Part shown: positions 39,553-52,153 of the stretch, one piece after another
Layout: each line of letters begins with the position of its first letter
Numbering within the stretch: position 1 is the stretch's first letter
Origin: Octopus bimaculoides
Taxonomy: Eukaryota
Assembly (NCBI RefSeq): GCF_001194135.2
Contig: NC_068990.1
Coordinates: 40,549,300-40,607,548 of the forward strand
DNA length: 58,249 nucleotides
Reading direction: 5' to 3'
Position numbers and translations under genes: made by a program
Notes under the pieces: generated by a model
Databases searched by the model: none
What the model was told of the DNA's origin: nothing
The model's input: the letters and a program-made list of their open reading frames with translations, nothing else

Positions 39553-39670
39553 TAGAGAAACAGAATTGTTAAAATGTTGGACAAAATGCCTTGTGGTATT
39601 TCTTTTGGCCCTTTACTTTCTGAGGTTAAATCCTGGAAGTGTTAACTTTGCCTTTTATTCCTCTTGATTT
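39553..39670 (+). mobile_element. SINE-B 5' fragment
   Basis: CAGAATTGTTA...GGACAAAATGCCTTGTGGTATTT...TTCTGAGGTTAAATCC...AACTTTGCCTTT. Confidence 0.6.
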
Positions 39671-40539
39671 AATGTTTTTGTCTGTCCTTACATATAACTT
39701 TACATTAGATGCATGTGTATATTACATGTATATGTGTTTGTATACACATGTACATATGTGCATGCTTGTGTATACACTCATACATACCCCTAACACATGA
39801 AACCTAAGAGTTTACTTATTAACCTGTTTACCTCTCATCTCACAGTGAAGCTTTTCTTTATACTTTTATTAACTGGCTTTACAGGAAAAAGAAAGAAAAT
39901 TAAAAGATTTCTGTACATAAAGGCTTCACCAGCTTTGTATACAATTATAACAAAGAAAGCTCCTTGTTATTTTCATATAAGGCTGAAAAATTTACCCTTC
40001 CAAACTCCTGTAACCTTTCCCTAAATGGGTTTCCTAAGCTGTCCCAGCAAATCATTAGTTGAACCTCACCACCTCATTTATCAAATTAATCGTTTTTAGC
40101 TTTTGTTTTTCTCATCATAATTTTGGCATATAATATTTCTTTGCTTTTTGTTTTCCTTTTTCCTTCTGCCTATTGAATCTGTTTTGAAATCAGTACACAC
40201 ACATAATCTGAAATTTATTTCATTTTATTTATCCACTATTCAAAAACAGTAATATTATAGACGTAGGGTGCATATATACATACACACAGGCATACATAGA
40301 ACAGTCATATGTATCTTACGTGAAAAGGCTGATTACAAAAGTTCTCTCATCTCTGCAAATGGATCCACAGAATAAATCCTAATCCTATGATTTCCCACTT
40401 TGATGACTCAGATGAAATGAGAGACATTTCATCAGTTAAACAGTCTTTTGAGCTGAAATTAAATTCATATACCTCACTCTACTTTGTTATAGCCTAGTGT
40501 TGCGTTCTTTCTTCAAGTATATTGTTATATATCTTGACA

Positions 40540-40880
40540 AGCATTACTGTGTGGTTAAGACGTTTTCTTTCCAACCACAATTTTAGGCTCAGTTCTACAG
40601 CGTTGAACCATGGGCACCTATCTTTTGTACTTCCAGACTGATCAAAGCCTTTGTAAGTGGTTTTGGTTGACGGAAGCCCATATGTGTAGACCTTGTCTTG
40701 ACATCTTTGTGAGATGCAAATGAGTGTCACCCTCACACAAACAGTGTCACTTATTTTCTAATCGACTATAAAAACATGTCCAACCATGAAGAAATATTTC
40801 CTTGCTTGGAAACAGGTAAAGTTTGCAACAATAAGAACCTGCAAGCATGGAAAAACAGCTGTTAAAAATTAATGATAGTC
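40540..40880 (+). mobile_element. SINE-A head with RTE-type tail (degraded)
   Basis: CTGTGTGGTTAAG head, CAAAGCCTTTGTAAGTGG body, GCAAGCATGGAAAAACAGCTGTTAAA tail. Confidence 0.65.
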
Positions 40881-41359
40881 ATGCATATAGATATATATGT
40901 GAATACATATATATATAGATGCATGTGTGTATAATCTATACACAGATGTATATGTATGTATGTGTGTGTATATATAAAATGTACATCCTTAAACATGTTT
41001 TTAGGGTTCTGCCTACTTTCTTACTTATACTTTAGCCTTTGCTCAGTTTTTTTTTTTTTTTTTTTTTTTTTTAACTTATTGTGAGAAGTAGGTCATCAGC
41101 TTACAGAAGTTCCCACAAACAACCAGTCTTAAGCTCTGTTATGGTCAGAAGCATATTTAATAACAGTGTCGAAAACTACATATACATGTGTGTATGTATG
41201 AATGTGTGCATTTGAAAATGTATGTGTATTTGTGTGAGTCTGTCTGTTTACACATACACAAGAGCACACACATATATGCCTAAGTGAAATATATACACAC
41301 ATACATACAGTGCCCTTGTATGTCAGAATTGATCATGCACTTGCTCCCTAAAACCCAGG

Positions 41360-41650
41360 CCTAATTCATGTTTCCTTTCTCTATGCCACTGAGGTTGTCT
41401 GAAGGGTAAGCTGCTACACGTGGACTGAAGTAACTTGGCACTGATATCATTGCAAATATTGTTGTTAGAATTTTGAGGCATCCTGTCCAGCCAGCCCACC
41501 ATTTCAACAGTTCACTGCTTAGGCTTGATGTGTTTTTATTGATCCTTAAAGGATGAAGGATAAAGTTGACCATAGTATTATCTGAATTCAGAATGGTGAG
41601 AATCAGACCTAATACTATCAGCCATTCAATTCCCTGCTCTATGACTGCCA
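41360..41650 (-). mobile_element. SINE-B-like head with a different 3' half
   Basis: Minus strand CATTCTGAATTCAGAT...GGTCAACTTTATCCTTCATCCTTTAAGGATCAATAAA matches SINE-B, then diverges. Confidence 0.5.
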
Positions 41651-44249
41651 GTTTGTCACATTTATATGTGTATATGTGTGCATATATGCATACACTGGTG
41701 ACAGTTTTATAGTTTCTCTGTTCTACCTTAGTGTTTGTAAATATATTCAAAGAAATGTATAGAATGGATATGTAAGATGCAAGGGAAAATAAAGTGATGC
41801 ACCATTCTTAAGAATTGGGGGTTATCACATTTAAAAGGTTAAAATGAAAATTCTAAAATAGGCGTCTGTAGTTATGCAACATGCAAACAATACTTTGTAA
41901 ATATTGTAAGAAAACTTTGTATGTATATAAGTGTAGAAAACTTGAAATGCAGAAGTGTGAATGTTAAATGAAATTTTTGAAACAGATAGATATGAAATAT
42001 GCAATATATGAAATTGAAAGCTTCAATTGAACCTTTCGAAATTGAAATGCATAAGTGTAAAAAATTGCATTAAATTGTAATGTGTTAAGTGTTAAAAATT
42101 GCAATATGTGAAGTAGACAGCTGAATATGTAAATTTAAAAACTGAGCAGTTTGTGTTATTGAAAACCCCCTGCTTTAGAAATAACCGAACCGATATGTTA
42201 TTGGAAGCTGTTATACACACACACACACACACACTCTCTCTCTCATATATATGTGTGTGTGTGTGTGTGTGTAACAAAGAAACACATCTATGTTCACTTA
42301 TTTGAAAGATAAAAAAAAAATGGAACTGATGTGTGTATGTATGTATATCTATACACACACACACACACGTGTGTTTGTGTCAGAAACATTGATAGTGAAT
42401 ATTGGAAATAATGGATTTGCAAGTTGAAAATACTTATTTGCACAGAAACTGAAAGGAAACTTGAAAAAGAGGATTGTAGATATGAATGGAGAAATATGGT
42501 AGGGATACAACTGAAAGAAGATATGTCCATATAATAAATTGTTGGAAGCTAAGAAGCAATGTGTTATATATATAAACTACACTGAAAGGAAATATCAAAA
42601 GCAAATAGATTGGCAAATGAGAAGGTAAACAGTTATTTAAAAGAAAAAAAAATAAATGAAATTATAAAAACTGGAAAAAAAAGCAGCTTGGAATTGAAGT
42701 GTATGGGAAAAAAATTATGAAAGGAATTTTTATATATGTATATATATATATACGTGTGTGTGTGTGTGTGGACATTATTGTGAAATAAAGGAAATTTAGG
42801 GTAACTTAAAGCTTTGTTTCAAGAAACCTCTGGTGTCCTGTGTTGTTTACTGAATAGATAATTGAAAAAATCAGATGATGGTGTGATTTCACCTAAACAA
42901 AATCACACTCACTCACAAAATTCCTGTTCCCAAATTAGCGTGCCTTTATATACTCACAAGGTTAGCTACATTGCTCTTGATGTGGCAACAAACAAGATTC
43001 AATGAGATCTGTTTTGCAGGGTTGAAATTATAATTAGTACACTTATGCTTCTGTGTTGAAAAAACAAAAAATATATATTTATTGAGACAAGATGTGTGTG
43101 TGTGTAAACAGTTTTTGATCTTAGTGTTTTTGCAGTATAATATTAGTTTGTATGATATTGTTGTGATCTCTTTTATGAGGTTTTTGATAATGTGTGAATA
43201 TCTCTCCTATGGTTAGTATATGATTCATTAGTTAGAGTATTTTTAATAGGTGTAGTGCTTATATTTTTGTGACTGTTGTTTTAAGGCTTCATCTATTACT
43301 TTGTCAGAATACCTGTTGTTGATGAATGCTTTTCTATTGGCCTTTTTTTTATCTTGTGCTTTGTGTTTATTTTAGTGTTTGTGTTTATACATGGAGACAT
43401 TGTACTATTAATAGTTTTATTTGTGCTGTTGTGGATGTTGAAGTTTTCTAGTTCTTTTAATTTCTCCATGTTTTCTGACTGTATTCATTATGACAGATAT
43501 GTTAGCCACATACCCGTGTATATTATATATGTATATCTTGTTAACACTTTTTTTCTATTGTGGCATTTAAAACGCTGTCAAAGTGAGCTGTTGGGGAGAG
43601 TCCTTGGCTACTCTATAATTTCTTTATGTCATTTATCTTGTCGACACCAAACGGCTATAAAAACTCTTCTTATGACTAAACACACGTATACTGTCATGAC
43701 AGGCTTCTGATTTTTATAAAAGTTCCCATATATGAAATTCTCAAAGTTGTGAAGGTTATAGTAGAAAATCTTTCCTCTAAAGTACTGCACATTTGGATAA
43801 CATACAAAGCCACTTGGTTACAAAGTGAACTTTCCTACTACATATAATGTCAGTTGCAATTGCCACCTCACATCTGTTTACATTCTCTAAATTGTAAATA
43901 ATTTCATTAAATCACGAATTAATCTTGTATTTAGTGTACCTATTTTGTTTCTGTTGTCCAAATACATGCTACTCTGTGAGGCTGCAGTTAACTCATTTTT
44001 GATTCAGTTACGCACGTTAGCCTAGGCCATAAGTGTTCTCTAAACTTATTCCTAGTACTTATTATGCTGATTGAGTCAGAAATGCATTTACTCAATATCT
44101 GCTTTTCCCTAGAAAATGTCAGACTGTTTTTCCCTTGTTGTCACTTTCAAAAAAATGATCAGTTCTTGAGATTATCTTCCCTGTAAAGTGGTTGGAGAAC
44201 ATGTGGAGGTTCTGGGTAAAGTTGTCCCATTAGTCATTAATTTTGTGCT

Positions 44250-44640
44250 CAAGAACATGACACTCTCTCTTGTGCTGATGCCATGATAAAACGCAGCAAG
44301 CACTTTCTGTAAAATGGTTGGTGATTGAATGGACCTGCCATAGAAAGCAGCCCAACATGATAAATGCATGCAGTGGTCCACAAGGGCAGTCAGTTCTGAA
44401 AAGAAATTAAATCATGATTTCCCATCCACCTTATGCTAGCAGGGATCATCATCGTCATCATCATTTAGCATCTGCTTTCCATGCTGGCATGGGTTTGATG
44501 GTTTGGAACTGGTTAACCAGAGAGCTGTACCAAGCTCCAGTCTGATTTGGCATGGTTTCTACAGCTGGATGCCCTTCCTAATGCCAAACATTCCAAGAGT
44601 GTGATGGGTGCTTTTTACATGTCATCAACAGGCCTAAAAT
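44250..44640. mobile_element. Tail-to-tail pair of RTE-tailed SINE-like repeats
   Basis: A degraded plus copy ends CCATCCACCTTATGCTAGCA; (ATC)n linker; the minus copy starts CATTTAGCATCTGCTTTCCATGCTGGCATGGGTT and carries CAGCTGGATGCCCTTCCTAATGCC. Confidence 0.65.
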
Positions 44641-44699
44641 GATGATGATATATACACATGCATATAGGGTGGGGAAATGTATATGTGTACATGGGAAGC

Positions 44700-44850
44700 C
44701 TGTGGACTTGAGATTAGAGTGTTGGGCTCATGAGCATATGTTCATAGGTTAAATTCCTGGATTAGGCAGTGTTTCGTGCCCTTGAGCAAGGCACTTAATT
44801 TCACATTTCTCTAGTCTACTCAACTGAAATGAGTACCAGCTGAGCACTCA
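44700..44850 (+). mobile_element. CORE-like tRNA SINE fragment (distinct subfamily)
   Basis: B-box-like GGTTAAATTCC then GTGCCCTTGAGCAAGGCACTTAATTTCAC...AGTCTACTCAACTGAAATGAGTACC. Confidence 0.6.
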
Positions 44851-45899
44851 GTGCAGTGTTTTTTCCTTTCAGTTGTCACATCCTGTGTCTTCTGTTGGAT
44901 CAAGGTTGAGTAGAGGTCTTTGCTCACAGCTACATAGCATCCTAAAACAATCTGCAAAAGCATGTACATTTTACTAAGCTATATTCACATATAAGTAATA
45001 GCTATGATTTCACACACACAGAAGGAGTGTGTGTGCATCTGTGTTTGCATAAATGTGAATGAATATATGTGTTTATATAAGGACAGAAAGAAGAAACAAA
45101 ATTGAATTTACTCCTACATTGACATATTTTCATAGCAAACTCTCCATAGCAACAGGGTTGAAATATTTAATGCTTTGTCAACAGTTTTAGCGTATATATA
45201 TATATCAATGAATAATTGTCAACTGATATAGAGCTGCTTTATTTGGAAGGTTGGATGGCAATCTCTCTACCTTCTTTACCATCCACTATTTTCGCAAAGT
45301 GCTGTGAATTGGGAAATAATATCTCTCATCCTGTTGTGTTACTGAATCTATTATCTTATTACTGTTTGCGGGGAGGGAAAGAAAGAAGTAAGTTAGCTTA
45401 TATTTTTTCAATTGTCTCCAGTCTGTGAATATTTTGCTTCAGCATTCTTGTAGTTGTAAAGGTTGATAAATTTGGAAGATGTAACTTGGAAGACTGGTAA
45501 TAATATTTCAAAAAACTTGAGTTTGGCTTCAAGAAAAGAACAAACTTGGAAGATAGCAGAATACTAGACTGGATGTTTTACTGATTTAGCTAATAATTCC
45601 TAATCTTCTAGGTTCACATCCTGCTAAGGTAGTCTTTGTTTTTACTTCTTTAATTCATCTGAGGTAGATTAATTAAAAGCTAATTTGACTAATGTTCTTT
45701 TATGTCTCAATAGAATAGTTTTGTTCTGAGAAAATGTTACAGAAAACCCACATGGTACACGTGTCTGTATGCGCTCGCTGGCCACTGACAGATTTTTCCA
45801 CGGAATATGGATAGTTTATCTTGTTCATGCTATATTATTAGCATTATCCTGCGTTTGAGAATAAAATTGTTTCCTTATATATATGTGTATATTTGTGCC

Positions 45900-46252
45900 T
45901 ATGTACTTGTTTCAGACAGGCTGCTGCCATGCTGGAGCGCCTCCTTCAAGAATTTGAGCTGAAAATATTGTCCCCGTTACTTATTTTTAAGCCTAGTACT
46001 TATTCTATTGATCTTTTTGCCAAACTGCTAAGTTCTGAAGACGTAAACACACCAACACTGGTTGTCAGTGGTGGGAGATAAGCACACACATATACACAAC
46101 AAACTTCCTTCAGTTTCTGTCTTCGAAACCCACTCACAAAGATTTGGTTGGCCTGGGGCTATATTAGAAGACACTTACCCTCGGTGCCATACAGTGGTAC
46201 TTAATCTGGAGCCATGTGGGTAGGAAACAACCATTTTACCACTGAAGCATGC
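45900..46252 (-). mobile_element. SINE-A full-length copy, CR1-type tail
   Basis: TACTTGTTTCAG...GCCATGCTGGAGCGCC tail through GAAGACACTTACCC and ACCACTGAAGCATGC head. Confidence 0.85.
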
Positions 46253-46537
46253 AGGGGCCGAACAAAATTTCTTCTTCAATGGAAGTTTTGTTATTTGATA
46301 CAGTGTAGGTTCACAGCTTTGATATATCAGGGAATTGTCTCGTGCAGGTTCTGAATTGTTGTTATGGGAATTTTTAGGCATACTTCTATTTCAGCCTGCT
46401 GTTCTTTTAGCGATAATGATACAGGGAAGTGGCTCCAAAATGCACAATAAATGTTCACTTATATTGAGTTCCAGTCATCCTGAAGGCCAGTCCAAGTAGT
46501 CTACTTCACTTCTGTGGTTTTATATATATATATATAT

Positions 46538-46690
46538 GTACGATGGGCTTCTTTCAGTGACGTCTACCAAATTCACACTCAAGACTTTGGTCAGCCTGAG
46601 GCTATAGAAGAAATTTGCCACGAAGTGGGACTGAACCCACAAACATCTGGTTGGTAAGCAAACTACTCATTACACAGCCACTCCTGTGCC
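46538..46690 (-). mobile_element. SINE-A 5' half
   Basis: GTGGGACTGAACCC, TACACAGCCACTCCTGTGCC (reverse complement of head); ends at a TA tract. Confidence 0.85.
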
Positions 46691-46727
46691 TATGTGTGTG
46701 TATACGTATATATATATATTTGTATAT

Positions 46728-47387
46728 ATATGTTTCAAAAAGAGTCTAATGGTGATTACAAATGTACAGCAGCTCAGAAAGCTCAGTCTGATTGTTCTGA
46801 TAAGAAAAGAACTCCTGAATTTGTTGGTGAGATTCAGGCCATGATTGACAATGATCCCTCCAAGTCAATCAGGTCCATTGTCAGGGACATGGGGGTATCT
46901 GAGTTTCTTGTCAGGTAGGTAGTGCATGAAGACATTCAGTATTCCTCATACAAGATGAGAAAAGAACAGTTTTTATCCCAAGCCATCAAGGGTAAGAGGA
47001 AAGACCACACTACAAAGCTTTTGAAGAAACTGAAGCATCCCCTGCAACTGAACATGCTTTGTTTTTTCTGAGAAATTTCTGCCAAGAGCAGATGGTGAAC
47101 ACAGAACAACCGTTGGCTTGCTGTGTCCCCGAAACATGTATTGAGAATGATAAAACTCAAACATACAGTTAACATCATAGTATTTGAAGTGTCCCGAAGA
47201 GTTGCAGAAGATTTCAAAGTTGTCTGGAGTCCATGATTGAAGCCAATGGCGATTTTATTGAATATATTTACTCTTTAGTATTTCAAGATATTTTCATGTA
47301 ATTTTGGTAAATGTATGTTAAAATGAGATGTTAAGTGTGATTTTCATTTTTGCGTAATTTAGACGACAGTTTATTCACCGCACCCTG
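46728..47387 (+). mobile_element. maT-type mariner remnant, same family as 15591-16371
   Basis: KRTPEFVGEIQAMIDNDPSKSIRSIVRDMGVSEFLVR (HTH-like), NNRWLAVSP, deletion of the catalytic core, 3' region matching copy 1, TIR ...CACCGCACCCTG ending 47387. Confidence 0.82.
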
Positions 47388-47604
47388 AATATATATATAT
47401 ATGTATATGATTACTATATATATGTTTGCTATATGTGTGTGTGTCTATGTATGTATATGTTTACATATGTGTGTATGTGTCTATGTATGTATATGTTTAT
47501 ATAGGTATTTATTTTTATATATGTATATGTATATATGTTTATGTATATAATATATATATATATGTATATATATATGTTTGTGTGTGTGTGTGTGTAGCAT
47601 ATAT

Positions 47605-47770
47605 TTGGTTGAGGAGTATTGTTTTGCAATTTACTTGATGACTTCATCAGTGCTAGTGTTGCAAAAATTGCACACAGTACACTCCGTAAAGGGGCTCTGG
47701 TTCATTGGGTCATCATATTGAGCTGTCCAAACTATGCCAGCATGGAAAACGGACGCTACACATGATATTG
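47605..47770 (+). mobile_element. RTE-tailed repeat 3' fragment
   Basis: GTCCAAACTATGCCAGCATGGAAAACGGACGCTACACATGATATTGATG. Confidence 0.65.
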
Positions 47771-50694
47771 ATGAACATGCTGATGTGTGTGTGTGTATGT
47801 GTGTAAACAGTATGTTCATGAATAATATAATTGGGTAAAAAGTCGTTCATGAAAGTTCCATCCAGAGTTAAAGCGTACATGTAGATGTTTTCTTTTTTCA
47901 ATCCATGAGTATATTGTACAGAAGCATAGTATACAGTTGTAATAACACTGAGTATTGTCTAAGTTTATAAGTTGTTCTGTAATACGTTATAGCAATGAAG
48001 CAGAACACTTTAACATACCAATAATCTATGTTCCCACTAACACTCATACTCTCCTTCTCTCCCTTCTCTCTCACCTTAGATTATGTCTTTACTATTTGTA
48101 TATTAGTGATCTGTTAGAATTTTGTTTAAAATCATTGTGTCTATCTAATGATGTATGATGTGAGCAGTATTAGTGAATACATGTATCTTTGTACTTCTGT
48201 GGTTTGTATGGTTATATCTTCCATAAGAAATTAGAGATGCTTATGTATCTCTCTTTCTTTATTTATTTCTCTCGCGCTTTCTCTCTCACTCTCTCTCTAT
48301 ACATACATACGTACGTACATAAATACGTACATACACACATACATACATACTATTATTATTACTCAGTCACCGACTATTTAACTTGTAAAGAATAATAAAG
48401 AAATTTGATATATTTCTCTCTTCTCACATAGATCAGTGAGTTAGCTCAAATATGGCAGGCATTAGAGTTTATGGTGAATGCAGACTCTTCTTAAAAAATC
48501 TAAGTATATATTTCATTCACCACCCATCCTCTCACCCTTCCCCATCTTTATTTTCAAAGCCAGTGCAGTTTCTTTGTTCTTGCTCTTTCCCCATTTTCTT
48601 TAGCTTTTTCCTTCACACTTTTGCCTTTTATAGAAAATAGCAATATAACTACTCTACTCCTGTAAGAACAAATGAATAATAATAATAATAATAATAGCAA
48701 TAATAATAATGATAACAACAAAAAAATGCAATATCTTTCTCTTATTTTCTTTTTTCCTGCCTGTGGCCATATCTGTTTCTCCTAGTTGAACTTCAAAGAA
48801 GAATCTACTTACATAGATTAAAGTATTGTGGTTATATATTTTAGCTCTACTTCAGAAAATGTTTCCACGTGGATCTTGATTTTTATTTAGTTATTATATA
48901 TTATACATGTCAGACATTGTAGGCTTGCTCTGACTCCCTGGTGATGGTGGTGGGGTCTAGAGATATACAAATCCTTCACTCTATAATTAATATCTGTGAT
49001 AAGTTTTCATGAGGGTCTCCCCACCTCTCTCTGAATATTTATTCTCTTATCCCCTCTCTGAGCATTTATTGAGATAGACTTCTTTTAAGCCCACATATTT
49101 TAATATGTTTTTTTAGAACGATAGAGCGTGAGGTCAGGATAAGTCAGTAAAGGTACATTAAAAATTTTACCTTCTTGACTTCAAATTTTGCTAGGTTGAC
49201 CTTTCCATTATTGAAAATGAGACATGGAGCAATAAAAGTTTTCCAAAAGTTAGCCTGTGACTAAAAATAAATTTCTGCTCAAACTAACTAAATATGTATT
49301 TAAAGCAAATTCAATAATTTGTTCTAAACTTAATTATTAATACTGAAATATGTTTAATATTATTAAATTTTATAGCTGATTGTAAAATGCACTCTGCATA
49401 TGTTATGAATATTCTTCTTTCTTATTTTTGCATATACACAGTGGCCTTTCAACTAATTTTGATGTATCATTTTTTTAGATTTTATTCTTATAAAAATAAT
49501 TGCACTTTGCATTTTCCCAGTTTTAGAAATGAGCTCTCTGGCTTTTTCATTTTCTTTTTTTCTTTAAAAAAAAAAAGCTTACCTCTTAAATGGTTTAAAT
49601 GTTATGTATTGTCTTTTTTCAGAAAATAAATTTATAAGTGATTGTGTTCTCATTTGGTTATATTTAGATAACTGCCCACCCTTTCTAGTTATTATCAGTA
49701 GATACTGAGGAGTATGGTTTAATAGATTGTTTTAATATTTTTCTTTCATAAAATAGAACAATTAGAAATCAAATTTGTAAACATTTAGATGTATGTGTGT
49801 TGTGTATCTGTGTAGGTATTTGTACGGATATATATTTTTCAGATTTTTATTTTGCAGAATTATGAAATGTCACTAGTGGTTTTTGTCTAAAATTAATTAA
49901 TTTTCTGTTATTAATCAATAAGAAACATTTTATTGATCATCACCTAATCTTAATTACCAAATTAAATATAACAGATTAGGAAGCCCCAGGCAAATACATT
50001 TGTGGGTTATGTGAACTTACACAAAACTTTTTTTGCTGTAGTCCTCATCTGATTTTAAATTATGCTTAGCCTACTATTATTAAAGAAGAAATTATTGTTG
50101 CTGTTGTTCATGTTTTCAACAGTTTTATATGTACTTCTACTGCAGCATCATAGGCACTTACTTGTTCCTGAGATAGGTGCAGTATTCTATCTTTTTGAGG
50201 ATATAGAGTTGTGTGGGAGATGCTTTCCTATTGCTTTTAGTTTGTGTTATTTTAGTGTTTTATCTGTGTGAGATGTGCTGGGTGGTATTTGTGTTTTGTA
50301 TGTATGTTTGTGCCAGATGGTGATAATGTAGAGTATGTACTGTGTGCTGTGTTATACTGTTTGTTGATGAGTATGTGTTGTTTAAATTATGCTATTTTAT
50401 ATGATTGAATAAAGTTATGCATTGTTTGCAGACATCATACTTTGAATTTCACTGTTGAATTGTCTTCCATAAGACCCTCACCGATCTTAGGATTATCTTT
50501 TAGATTGTGTATAGGGTTTTCAGCCCAGGGTATAATTTCTACATTTTTGTTAAAAGCATACCTACTGCTCCAACTTAAGGCACATTAGCATTTTCTTCAC
50601 CTCTTTCTAGGCAAGGTTATGGTCGGAAGGGAACAAGATATCTATCAAAGAGCAGACTTTATCATTCTAATGTTTTATTATTACTATTCTTACA

Positions 50695-50727
<33 letters not shown>

Positions 50728-50732
50728 GCTCC

Positions 50733-50960
50733 GGTGAGCTGGCAGAGTCGTTAGCATGGTGGATGAAATACATAGCAGTATTAGTATTTCACCCGTCACT
50801 ACATTCTGAGTTCAGATTCTGTCGCGGTCGACTTTGCCTTTCATCCTTTCAGTGTTGATAAATTAAGTATCAGTGAAATTCTAGGGTTGATGTAATCAAC
50901 TAGCCCCCTCTCCCCAAATCTTCAGGCCTTGTGCCTATAATAGAAAAGATTATTATTATT
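50733..50960 (+). mobile_element. SINE-B full-length copy with (ATT)n tail
   Basis: GGTGAGCTGGCAGAGTCGTTAGC head, TTCTGAGTTCAGATTC B box, GTCGACTTTGCCTTTCATCCTTTC body, CCTTGTGCCTATAATAGAAAAG(ATT)n end; a second head follows at about 50963-51030. Confidence 0.88.
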
Positions 50961-51249
50961 ATAAGGTAGCAAGCTAGCACAATCATTAGCATGCCGGACA
51001 AGATGTTAAATAGCATTTTGTCCATCTGTGTTCATCACCATCATCATTATTCAGTACTTTCATTTTTTATTTATGCTTTCCCTGCACTAGCCAGTGTAAC
51101 TGTGTAGGTTGTGTTTATATTTAATCTTTCCTAATGCACCCTTTTGTTAAGGATTGGTTTCAGTACCCACACTTTGGTTATCTCTATTTCCAGTTTATAT
51201 ATTTGGATCATTTTTCCACTTCCTTTCGAGATACATTATTGCATGTTAA

Positions 51250-52100
51250 AACCAATAATTTGATTGGGAAGCACGTCCATTGTCTTTGAGATTTTTGGGG
51301 TTTTTTTGGTCAAATATCCACCCATTTAAACTGATTGCGTCTATTGACATATGCTAAAGTATAGTCACTTCATCAAGCTTTGAGACTCTTTTCTCATGTA
51401 TGTTTATACCATCTCTGTCATATCTGAAATGTACACTTTCTTGGCCAGGGTGAGCAGCCAGAGATATTGTAATTTATTATTTCTTCCCAACCTTCACATA
51501 TTTGGCTGTTAGGTATGAGTGTCAAAAATGGGTGCCTACCATCTGGAATGTTATCCAGTGCTTACAAACGCCATACAAGTCGGACAATATTGTCTCTGCA
51601 GAACCCTTACATCAGCTTTCTAAAGATTAGGGTAGTGGTAGAATGTTACCACTCTCTAGGAAACTCTGGTAATTAACAAGAACAAGCCAAATATATCTTC
51701 CAGAAGTACCTGATGTGATACTACTACAGGGGCACATAGGCACAGAAGTGCTGTCAGCCAGTGCACTGTGGAAAACTATTCTTTATGCACTCGTTGAGTG
51801 TCGAAGCATTGCAGAGTTAAGCTGAAAAGATGTTGTCCCTTGTAGAATGGGTTCAGCTATTAGTCAGGTATAGTGTGACAACATCACCAGTGTCTTCCTT
51901 TGACCAGGAAAAGCATTGTTTTCCTGTTTTATGTAAGAGGTATAATGAAGATGACACTTTCTTCTTTGTCTAAGTTCTCATCAACTTCTTCATGGAGAAG
52001 GAAGTTCTATCCTCCAGTAAATTTGTTGAAATGAAGGTGAGAAAAGTGAAAAGTAAACATTTGCAAGTAGGTTGGGATGTTCGGCTATGAAAAAAGAAAA
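51250..52100 (+). mobile_element. Decayed Tx1/L1-like LINE 3' region (zf-RVT-like)
   Basis: Remnants KMGAYHLEC, AF*RL...ETL, FQKYLM*YYYRG, ETILYALVECRSIAEL, KMLSLV... in the order expected for Tx1 ORF2 C-termini; many stops. Confidence 0.65.
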
Positions 52101-52153
52101 TTATCTTTGGTAGTCAGAGTAATCCTGGATCTATAAATGTTTCTTGAATGACC

